Shown: in pieces, positions 19,114 to 27,709 of the stretch | Layout of the letters: each line of letters opens with the position of its first letter | Numbering within the stretch: the first letter of the stretch is position 1 | From: a virus | Lineage: Duplodnaviria; Caudoviricetes | Virus record (IMG/VR): IMGVR_UViG_3300007754_000852 | DNA length: 64,000 nucleotides | Reading direction: 5' to 3' (one strand) | The notes under the pieces: generated by a model | Database searches by the model: none | What the model was told of the DNA's origin: nothing | Seen by the model: only the letters and a program-made list of their open reading frames with translations | Made by a program: the position numbers and the translations under genes

Positions 19114-20385
19114 TTAAAAATCAAGTCTAACTCTAATTGTCAGATCTTTCTCATTATTTTTCTCAATTGGTCGGCTAAGCTTAGCCACAGCTAGCAAGTT
19201 ATCATTGGCATCATACAGCCCAACAGATGTAAAGAATGAGAATGACTTCTGTGTGCTCTCCTGTCCTGCCTCGATCACCTGTATGTCATTGCTAGAGTCA
19301 ACATAGGTTGGATTTGCTGAGTAGTTGAACTCGTCAGCTGTAGCACGACAGAATATCAACGTAGAGTTAATGTTTGTAATATTTTGGAATGTTATTGCTG
19401 TCTGTGATCCTGAGCTGAATCTACAGCCACAGATATGATTGACAATATCATCAATCGATGCCGACACCACTAGATCTGGAATGAACTTGGCATCAGCATT
19501 TCCGCTTAGATCTGCTGTTCCTCCCTGTGTTCCTCCTCCGATAACCATCTTTCCTGTTCCGACAGATCCCGGATTATTCTCATTCATCGCTGAAATTGCA
19601 CCAGAGACATGCTGTCCGCCAGACAAGATCTTCTTCATGTCAAATATGGCTGTTCCTTGCTGATAAAACAGCACACCGACTGACTCTGCAGTATTAGCAG
19701 CATTAACAATATTTCCAGCTGATCCTCCAAATGTAGTCTCTTGATTTGATGCTGCCCCAATGTCTGCAAATATCTTTGATCCGCTTATCGTCGTTCTGTT
19801 GAGATTCGTATACGCCGGTCCTGCAACAGATCCATTTCTAGCTGTTGTATCCTCGGTATCAATGCAAGCAGTTGCAAAGAATCTCATAGCAAAGCTCTCA
19901 CGCTTTATCTGATCTCTTGTAAACAGACGCTTAAAGTTAATAAACATCGCCTCATCTATTCCGTCTTCAGATCCAGCGTTGCTAATTGGTGCTGTAAATC
20001 GTGCGCTTGCATCACCAAGAAGAAGCTTTGCATGCTGCCTGTAGATGTCAACTTTCTCTCTCATCATCACTGACTGAGATGGGAATAGCAGCTTTCCTGC
20101 TGAATCCTGCCCTGTCGCAGATCCTGTAACTGTTGCACTGCCGCTATAGAGGCCCATCGTTATATCAAATACCGGATTTGATGTTTGTAATGTGAAATCT
20201 TGATCATGCACTGTTTGGAATAGTGACGACGTTACACCTGGACCTATTCCGCCTGTAACAAATACCTGATATTTTTTTCTTGTTGTAGACCCAGATATAT
20301 CTTCCTGGATCACATCAACAAGTTGATTTAGAAATGATCTACTTGTCTTAATGTCTGATGCTGCTATTTGTTTAAATGTAGCCAC
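19114..20385 (-). CDS. Virion structural protein with C-terminal tail-collar-like domain
   Basis: GTG start with GGAG RBS. The C-terminal FTSVGLYDANDNLLAVAKLSRPIEK is paralogous to the end of 16248..19094. Confidence 0.65.
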   Translation of the reverse strand: MATFKQIAASDIKTSRSFLNQLVDVIQEDISGSTTRKKYQVFVTGGIGPGVTSSLFQTVHDQDFTLQTSNPVFDITMGLYSGSATVTGSATGQDSAGKLLFPSQSVMMREKVDIYRQHAKLLLGDASARFTAPISNAGSEDGIDEAMFINFKRLFTRDQIKRESFAMRFFATACIDTEDTTARNGSVAGPAYTNLNRTTISGSKIFADIGAASNQETTFGGSAGNIVNAANTAESVGVLFYQQGTAIFDMKKILSGGQHVSGAISAMNENNPGSVGTGKMVIGGGTQGGTADLSGNADAKFIPDLVVSASIDDIVNHICGCRFSSGSQTAITFQNITNINSTLIFCRATADEFNYSANPTYVDSSNDIQVIEAGQESTQKSFSFFTSVGLYDANDNLLAVAKLSRPIEKNNEKDLTIRVRLDF

Positions 20386-20400
20386 TTAAAGAACTCCAAC

Positions 20401-21102
20401 CTACGAAATCTGAACTTTGAAGCTTGTAAATGCACCTGAATTCATGCCAGATATCTCTACAACCTTTTCTACAACTGAGCCGCCTTTCTGCTTATATGTC
20501 GTGTGAACTGAATTTGACACAGATTTTGCCTGGACTGTCATGGTTAAGGCGCCTAAGTTTGATGTGTTTGTTATGGGATCAGCAGGTATAATGTATGTTG
20601 CAATGTTATCAGCGTTAACAGAGTCAGGACCTCCTACGCCGGGAATTGACAAAAATAGATTATCTATTGTCACCTTAAACGAAGCATCTGTTAGCTCTGG
20701 TGCCAAGACACCTCCACCTGACACAGCTTGCTCAACAGTCACCTTCTTTGATATGTCACCTGCAGTTGTTGACCTTGTGAGTGAAAGCGTGCTATCTGAC
20801 ACACCTGTGAGCGTTAAGTTAGGAAGCTTTGTCAAATTTGGATTGCTAATGCTTACCAGCCTGTACTTTTGTCCAAGATTTCCCCTAGTTAACGCTTCAA
20901 GAACTGGTGTGTTCTTTTCAATCTTTTCCTTGCCGACGGTTCTACCAAACTTTTTAATAATTGAATAGTCTATCTCATCATCCCCTAGTGCAAATTTAAC
21001 AATAGAAAATGATCCGTCATTTCTCGCTAGAAATTGACGACCGACATCTGTTAAAACAGCGTCGAGAATAATGTTGTTAGTCGAATGATCAAGATACCCG
21101 AT
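20401..21102 (-). CDS. Virion structural protein, 233 aa, extended from the ORF track and apparently starting at ATC
   Basis: The frame is open from ATC at 21102 (xGYLDHSTNNIILDAVLTDVGRQFLARNDGSFSIVKFALGDDEIDY...) with an AGAGGTG RBS and an in-frame TGA five codons upstream. The N-terminus is paralogous to 30280..31398. Confidence 0.75.
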   Translation of the reverse strand: MGYLDHSTNNIILDAVLTDVGRQFLARNDGSFSIVKFALGDDEIDYSIIKKFGRTVGKEKIEKNTPVLEALTRGNLGQKYRLVSISNPNLTKLPNLTLTGVSDSTLSLTRSTTAGDISKKVTVEQAVSGGGVLAPELTDASFKVTIDNLFLSIPGVGGPDSVNADNIATYIIPADPITNTSNLGALTMTVQAKSVSNSVHTTYKQKGGSVVEKVVEISGMNSGAFTSFKVQIS

Positions 21103-21146
21103 GATACACCTCTTTTTTCAACAGGCCGTGCCTGAACTTCTATCAA

Positions 21147-21169
21147 TAATTATACAAATCTTAATTATT
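21147..21169 (-). promoter_or_regulatory. Two candidate late-promoter motifs (AATAATTA, TATAATTA)
   Basis: Located at 21162-21169 and 21147-21154 in the gap upstream of the ATC-start gene. Confidence 0.35.
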
Positions 21170-21197
21170 CACAGTAAATAGAATTATTTATCTATCT

Positions 21198-23192
21198 TCA
21201 GCTACCCTGACCTGAATTTCCTAACATTGCAAGCGTTGTAACGTTTGCTGAAGACTCTGCAACTGACTGCGGTTCTGTTCTAACATTACTTAGATATATG
21301 TCAACTGTTTTTGCACTTTGAAGATCTGTATTAAGAATCTGCAGCTTGTATGCAGGATAAGACGGTTCTGACTCATCAAGTCCACGAATTAAAGATAAAT
21401 CATTGCTCTTCGTATCCCAGCCTCCTGACTGCGTCTGTAACACCTCTCTCTTATATACCTTGAGAAATTCGGGATCAGAATATATTTTTATTCTACTGTG
21501 GCCTGAATCTTTCATTGTATCGACAAACACATCACCATCTAGATATAAATTTGGATAAGATTTAGGTGCACCAGATCGTGATATCATCTTGACATTTAGC
21601 TTATTTTTTAATTTATCAAATGACACCTCAAGCTGCATAGAATAATTTGATGATAGACCTCTTGCATCAATTGAAGCCAGCGTATAGACGTACTTTGAGC
21701 TTTTTGTAAAATATGCATCTCTAAATGACTTCTTAGGATGCTTCATTCTCTGTGATATCGATGCCGGTGCTCTCTCAAGAGGCTGTGTTATTGATGTCGA
21801 ATTGTCAAAATTATACTCTCTAATCAGGGTAAATGGGTGTCTTATATTTCCTCGTCTAAATATTTGAAATCTCTTAATGTCTCTCTGTGGGTTTATTGGA
21901 AACTCCCAGAATATTATCAGGCCCCCTTTCTTAAAATCATACTTAAATCTCACATCAACTGGTGGTGGCGGTGGCATGTCTTCCTTGCACATCACAGTTG
22001 TGCTTATTCCAGATGACGCTATTAGTGTGCTGGCCATAACAACCTGATCAGCTGTCGACGTAGATATTCTTCTTGCTTCAAATCTAGACAATGATATCGC
22101 ATGAACCTTATACAGATATTCTCCTCCATACATGACCTCAGTATCGATAACTGATGTAATATCTGCTGAATCAACAGGTATTGATCTCATTTTTGACAGG
22201 CTTCCGTCACCCTTTATCTCAAACTTTTGAATTAAAAATCCGATTAAAACAGACCCTTCGTTGGCATTTGTCCCTCCTTGAGCGGATGCATTGACTAGCT
22301 CCTGATCAATCGGAATAACAACAGGTTCATAATCTGTCTCTGACACCTGTGTGGGATTTGCACTATTAATTGTCGCATTTTGTACAAACTCAGCAGACTG
22401 TAGTATTCCACTTAGCTCATCTGCATATACGTTTATATTATCGATGATTGAACCGCTAACTATTGTTCCAAACACCAGATTGTTAGCATTGAAGTCAAGC
22501 TGAAGACTTCTAACATGTAAGAGAGGATCAGATACAACAGATTCCTTTATATCAGTCTTAGAATATGTTACACCTTTTGACTGTAGATTTCCAAGAACAG
22601 ATCGAACAGAAAAAGGATCAACAGACGTTACACTGTTTGGCATCTGAGCTGTCGGAGATGAAAAGCCTGAAAGCGCCGCTGACGAGCTAAGAGATGTATA
22701 AAATTTTCTATCAACACCTGTATCCATTAGATTTACACTGCTAAATGACGTATTTGATATCGCATCTTCGAACATTATATTACTAACATTCTCAGACACC
22801 TTGACATTCTCAAATATCGTATTCATCGCTGCAGATGACAGATTTCCTCCTTGTTCACTAGCAAGTGTGTTGAACGAGGGAGGAGAAAATGTGATCCTAA
22901 CAAATCGAGGAACCCTATCTGTGCCGGCCAAAAACTCTAGCTCATCTCTTGTTGTATCGTTAATTGATATGTTTATCTGTTTAGAGCTTTGATTTGTTTT
23001 TTCATCAGGCATAAAATAAACGTAATTAAACTCTGCATTTAGCTGTGACACCTCTGGTATGTCGATCTGTGTTACCGGCTTTGAAGGATATGACGAGGGA
23101 AGCGTGCTATTGCTAATTGAATCGACACCTTCAACACCATCTGTTGGAGTTATACCCTTGTAGGTATTGTTATAAAATTCCTGTGTTGTCAT
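21198..23192 (-). CDS. Large hypothetical virion protein with possible Fn3/Ig-like domains
   Basis: 664 aa, PPPPVDVRF..IIFWE..RFQIFRR..YVYTLASID pattern, within the structural block. Confidence 0.6.
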   Translation of the reverse strand: MTTQEFYNNTYKGITPTDGVEGVDSISNSTLPSSYPSKPVTQIDIPEVSQLNAEFNYVYFMPDEKTNQSSKQINISINDTTRDELEFLAGTDRVPRFVRITFSPPSFNTLASEQGGNLSSAAMNTIFENVKVSENVSNIMFEDAISNTSFSSVNLMDTGVDRKFYTSLSSSAALSGFSSPTAQMPNSVTSVDPFSVRSVLGNLQSKGVTYSKTDIKESVVSDPLLHVRSLQLDFNANNLVFGTIVSGSIIDNINVYADELSGILQSAEFVQNATINSANPTQVSETDYEPVVIPIDQELVNASAQGGTNANEGSVLIGFLIQKFEIKGDGSLSKMRSIPVDSADITSVIDTEVMYGGEYLYKVHAISLSRFEARRISTSTADQVVMASTLIASSGISTTVMCKEDMPPPPPVDVRFKYDFKKGGLIIFWEFPINPQRDIKRFQIFRRGNIRHPFTLIREYNFDNSTSITQPLERAPASISQRMKHPKKSFRDAYFTKSSKYVYTLASIDARGLSSNYSMQLEVSFDKLKNKLNVKMISRSGAPKSYPNLYLDGDVFVDTMKDSGHSRIKIYSDPEFLKVYKREVLQTQSGGWDTKSNDLSLIRGLDESEPSYPAYKLQILNTDLQSAKTVDIYLSNVRTEPQSVAESSANVTTLAMLGNSGQGS

Positions 23193-23228
23193 ATCTTTTG
23201 TCCGTGATATTCTGTCTATATCGTTTAA

Positions 23229-26200
23229 TCACCTATGAAGGCTTAAAGGCTTTTGTGCAAGCTCTACTGTTACAAAGAAGTTATAATAGCTTGGATCATC
23301 AACACCCCACATCTCACTTGAATCACTTCCCGTATTTCCAAAATTAGAACTGCTACTTGTGTCACCTGATGTGTTAGATTGATTTGTGATAGGTCTTATT
23401 GCACCTTCGGCCATCATCACAGGTACACCTGTCGGCGTCTGGTCGTTAGCATCTCCAGACATAAACGAAGGGTTCTGTTCGTGAACAAGAAGGCAAAAAA
23501 CTCTATCAAATTTTTTAGCCTGGAGGACCCTATTTGCATATTTTTGCTTGCTAAAGGGTAAAGATCTTGCTATCTCACTTGACAATCTGCTAAATTCAAT
23601 TGCCTCCTCTGTCGTCTTTACCGTAAACTGACTAAGATTTTGAAGCGCACTCGTCATTGCCTTCTCGTATGTCTGTGATGTATTAGCAACAATGGCTTCC
23701 TTAGCAACTGATGTTCCAAGAGACACAGAGTCTGGTCCAGATCGTAATGTGCTAGCGGTATCATGTTGAAATACATCCTCATAGATGTCTATTCCCATCA
23801 CTGTCTTAAGATAAATTTTTAGATAGTGATCTGACAAGTGATTGTTTCTTATATGATCTTTAAGATTAGTTGATGTACCGTACTTACCTAAGTCAACAGG
23901 ATTGGGTGTCAATACCTTTGTTTCAACTTCGTCATGCTTGTTTAAGATGTGAAATGACCTGATATTTGCATCATTTAGCATGCTTGCTGTACCATAGGGT
24001 GAGGGATCACTAGGTGCGAGACTTATCATGTCATCCTGTCCTTCGATTCCCTCTACTATGTGATTAGCTGTGTCAAAATAATATACAAGAGGCCCTGGAT
24101 TCTCACTATCACTAACGAGATTTTGCCTGTGAACAACTATCTTAATAGTTGTCGCATCACCGTAGTACGAGTCACCTGTCTGACTTTCTGATGCATCCCT
24201 AAGATACTCTAATAATCCGGCCGGAAGACCTACAGTCATTATTCTTGGTCGTCCGCCAACTTGAATTGCATCTGGGCTGAAAACGTCTTGTGTCATCCAG
24301 GATAGCATGTTTAGAACCTGCTTAGAGTGAATCGTCTTGCCGGCAGGAAATGCGGGATACTCACGAGACGGACTAAGAAGAGAATGATATAGCGCTCCGC
24401 TTAAAGACAGCTGATCTCTTGTTAGGTTTTGACATAAAAACCTGCCGCTTTCAGTATTCAAATTAGTCAAAGTATTTGCGTAGGGACCACTGCTATGATT
24501 TAAGCTATTCTGAACTGATGTCGATGTCGTATTTAGCACGTCCTTTATTTTTTGCAGATAGTGAAGAATGTTAAATATATGCACATCCTCATTAAAAAGA
24601 TTTATCTTAATGTCAGACATATTAGAAAAAACTCTTAATGCATCAGATATCGCTTCTTGAACTTGATCATCTCTTAGACTAGCCATGTCTGAGCTGAAGC
24701 TTGTTGGCTCAACCCTTAGCTGTTCACCGTCTAGCCTGTTTCTTAAGCTATCTTTCAACTGACTACTGTAATCACCGGTTTTTCCTGCATCTGACCAGGC
24801 ATCCAGAGCCTCAGAAAATGCAATTGCATTCAAAAAATTATATCCAAATGACGCAGCTTGATATGTATATGCCTGATGTCCTTGGCCTCCGCCACCATCA
24901 TTACCTACACTTGCATTAACATCTGCGGTAGATGATGAAAAGTTTACAAACAAGCTATCACATAGCATCTCCATCATAACCTTCATTGCAACTGCCACTC
25001 TTCCGTAATATCCGACGCCAAGATCACCTGTAACTGTATTGAAGTTTTTTGAATCTGATTTTTGAGTTCCAGGGTCATCAGAACTTCCTAAATTAACATT
25101 AGCATCCTGTTCTGCCTCTATCTGAAATTTTCTTGCTGCCTCTAGTGGCATGTCCCAAATTTTAAACGACGATGTGCCCGTTCCGATCATTCCCTCAAGA
25201 CTACGCTGTCCAGAAGGAGCATCAGCATCTAAAACATAAAGGTTATCACGTTCACCTGGAGCAGCAAGTATTGAAACAAGACCTCTTGACAAATATGTTC
25301 TTCCGACCCTCTTTGCATCAGTCGTAGTCATTATCATCTTATTATCATAGTTTACTTCTCGATCACTGTAGTGCGACCAGATACTCTCTGCAAGATCCTG
25401 CTTTGCTTGATTATATTTGCTTACTAGTGTAGCGGGTCTATTGCTACTGCTATACTGCTGATACTCCTTTCTATACATTATCATTTTTAAAATTAACTGA
25501 AATAGGTAAGTGTTATCATTTGCAAGCATGAACATCCACAAGGAACCTATCTGGTATAGTTTAGACTCAGTCAATCCTTGCCCTCTATCTACTGTTAACT
25601 CACCCTTATCTTCAATAAAGTATTTCAACCTCTGGATGATCTTTTTAAAAAATGTTGTATTTGCAATGTGACCGGCAGTTATGACTGGAAGAATCATCTC
25701 TTGCAACGTGTCAATCTTATCTGATATATCATCAACATAGCCTGTAAATCTAGCAGGACTTAACCTTTCACCGTCATCTGATGTGAGCTGAGAATCAACA
25801 AACCAGTCTTTTCCACCCATAAATCTCTGAGACACGCCTGGCATAAGTGACTGACGATCGTGTGAGAGAAGCGGCATTTGTCTTGTAATTCCAGGCGGGT
25901 CAGGTGTCGCTACATCTACATTTGGTGATATAGCGGTAAAGATACTTGATGAGTTTCGGTCAGCGTTTAGGATCTGTGAGCTTTCGGGGCCGCCTATCGG
26001 ACCAAAGATCGTGTCAAAGACGTCAGACATCTTTTGAGCTGCCACTAGTGAAGAAACTCTTCCTGCACTACCTGGGCTAATTAGATGACCAAGCTGTGCA
26101 GACTTACTTCTAACAGTTCCGTGACTGAGCGCAAGTCTGAGATAGTAATCACGGGTTGCATAGTGGAGATTTGCTGAGGCCTTGTTTATCCATGTCACTG

Positions 26201-27707
26201 TTGAAGGCGTGTTGAATACGCTATTTGCATCAGCCTGGGTAAAATACTGACTACTTAGACTCAGTGATGTACTTACTGCGGGATCCCATCCACTAAACTC
26301 TATCTTGCCTAAACTTTTGTGGGCCTCATATCTAACTTTTGACTTTGTTCCACCATAGCCTGCGACTGTTGTTGCATGAGAAGGCATCGTTCTTGTGTCA
26401 TTCCACAGATTAAGACTAGAATGTAAAATGCTAGCCCTAAGATCAGCAAATAGCTGCATAACAAGAACAGTCTTTGTAGATGTGCTCCAAAAATCATGTG
26501 AATATTTAAGTGTTTCAAGAAAAAAGGAATAAAGAGCCTTAGTGTTTTGAGCAATGCTAACGCCAAATCCATCGTATCTATCAAAATGACTAACAAGATC
26601 AGTGCTATTAGAGATCTGTCTATATTTGTTAGAATTTCTCTTTACGTTTAATGATAGAGATATTTCCTCAAGTGCCAAAAAAATTTCGAGATATTGATTT
26701 AACTCCTCACTTGTCGTATCTCTAACAGAAGGTAGCCTGTTAGCCTCGTCAAATACAGAATTTTGAACATCTTGTGGCGCTGCTGCGGTCACCCTCAGAG
26801 GTTCGCCGCCCGTGGAGCTTGGCCAAACTCCAAAAAAATTATGAAAAATTTCATTAATTGAGTTATTTCTTGCCTGCTTTAGGATATTTTGAAGATCTAT
26901 TAGCTTTCCTGCTGAGGAGAGATGACTTCCTTCATATCTGTGTGCCGTCTTCCACGGCGGCATGAATTCAAACGACCCTAGGATGACAGGCGTGCTATAG
27001 CTAATTCCTGCAGTTGGTAAAAATCCCTGCCTTGGTGGATCTGTTGTCACCTCTGTGTCACCACCGGGAGCAGTCTCGTGAGATACCGTCTGTATATTTT
27101 GAGGAACATTAGAACCAATAGTTGCACCGCCAAGGGCACTAAATATATTTCCTATGCCAGAGTAGGTTCCCTCTGCACCTGCATTAGACTGCTGTGGCTG
27201 CTCAGTTATCGCACCGGGACCTTCAGCTATTGAAGCTCCGACGGATGGACCGCTTAAAAGCAAACCAGTGCCTGCATTGTTTAAAAGAGATGCTCCTGCC
27301 CCTTGCGTCATTGCAGAAAACTCTATATTTCCACCGCCTTCAGTCATGGCGGCGTGCACAGTGGCCCCTATTCCTCCTGTAGACAATTCTTCTGTTATTA
27401 TATTTCCACCGCCTTCAGTCATGGCGGCGTGCACAGTGGCCCCTATTCCAGAAAAGCCGCCGCCTGTAGATTCTGACTGATTGTCCTGTTGCAACTGTTG
27501 CGAAAGATTAAAGATGTTTGAGTTAGTCTGTGATGTAGACGTAGATGAAGTCTGCGATGTAGAAGAAGATGCTGACTGATTGCCCAGGGGGCCGTTAAGT
27601 ATTTCTGTGTTTGTCTGCGTTGTAGATGTGCTAGTCGTAGACGTAGTAGTTGACGAGCTCTGCTGGTGTATGTTCATGTTTCCAAATGGTCCTGGAAGTG
27701 GTGGCAT
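23229..27707 (-). CDS. Very large hypothetical virion protein with a low-complexity S/T/Q/G N-terminus
   Basis: 1492-aa uninterrupted ORF in the structural block. Confidence 0.6.
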   Translation of the reverse strand: MPPLPGPFGNMNIHQQSSSTTTSTTSTSTTQTNTEILNGPLGNQSASSSTSQTSSTSTSQTNSNIFNLSQQLQQDNQSESTGGGFSGIGATVHAAMTEGGGNIITEELSTGGIGATVHAAMTEGGGNIEFSAMTQGAGASLLNNAGTGLLLSGPSVGASIAEGPGAITEQPQQSNAGAEGTYSGIGNIFSALGGATIGSNVPQNIQTVSHETAPGGDTEVTTDPPRQGFLPTAGISYSTPVILGSFEFMPPWKTAHRYEGSHLSSAGKLIDLQNILKQARNNSINEIFHNFFGVWPSSTGGEPLRVTAAAPQDVQNSVFDEANRLPSVRDTTSEELNQYLEIFLALEEISLSLNVKRNSNKYRQISNSTDLVSHFDRYDGFGVSIAQNTKALYSFFLETLKYSHDFWSTSTKTVLVMQLFADLRASILHSSLNLWNDTRTMPSHATTVAGYGGTKSKVRYEAHKSLGKIEFSGWDPAVSTSLSLSSQYFTQADANSVFNTPSTVTWINKASANLHYATRDYYLRLALSHGTVRSKSAQLGHLISPGSAGRVSSLVAAQKMSDVFDTIFGPIGGPESSQILNADRNSSSIFTAISPNVDVATPDPPGITRQMPLLSHDRQSLMPGVSQRFMGGKDWFVDSQLTSDDGERLSPARFTGYVDDISDKIDTLQEMILPVITAGHIANTTFFKKIIQRLKYFIEDKGELTVDRGQGLTESKLYQIGSLWMFMLANDNTYLFQLILKMIMYRKEYQQYSSSNRPATLVSKYNQAKQDLAESIWSHYSDREVNYDNKMIMTTTDAKRVGRTYLSRGLVSILAAPGERDNLYVLDADAPSGQRSLEGMIGTGTSSFKIWDMPLEAARKFQIEAEQDANVNLGSSDDPGTQKSDSKNFNTVTGDLGVGYYGRVAVAMKVMMEMLCDSLFVNFSSSTADVNASVGNDGGGGQGHQAYTYQAASFGYNFLNAIAFSEALDAWSDAGKTGDYSSQLKDSLRNRLDGEQLRVEPTSFSSDMASLRDDQVQEAISDALRVFSNMSDIKINLFNEDVHIFNILHYLQKIKDVLNTTSTSVQNSLNHSSGPYANTLTNLNTESGRFLCQNLTRDQLSLSGALYHSLLSPSREYPAFPAGKTIHSKQVLNMLSWMTQDVFSPDAIQVGGRPRIMTVGLPAGLLEYLRDASESQTGDSYYGDATTIKIVVHRQNLVSDSENPGPLVYYFDTANHIVEGIEGQDDMISLAPSDPSPYGTASMLNDANIRSFHILNKHDEVETKVLTPNPVDLGKYGTSTNLKDHIRNNHLSDHYLKIYLKTVMGIDIYEDVFQHDTASTLRSGPDSVSLGTSVAKEAIVANTSQTYEKAMTSALQNLSQFTVKTTEEAIEFSRLSSEIARSLPFSKQKYANRVLQAKKFDRVFCLLVHEQNPSFMSGDANDQTPTGVPVMMAEGAIRPITNQSNTSGDTSSSSNFGNTGSDSSEMWGVDDPSYYNFFVTVELAQKPLSLHR
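27324..27449. repeat. Perfect 51-bp direct repeat, two copies (27324-27374 and 27399-27449; 75-bp period)
   Basis: tatatttccaccgccttcagtcatggcggcgtgcacagtggcccctattcc occurs twice and encodes GIGATVHAAMTEGGGNI. Confidence 0.95.
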
Positions 27708-27709
27708 GT

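Noticed and set aside
23229-27707. 1492-aa protein as the tape measure
   Set aside because: It lacks obvious periodic amphipathic or Trp/Phe-spaced repeats, and no sheath or tube genes are adjacent; left unassigned.
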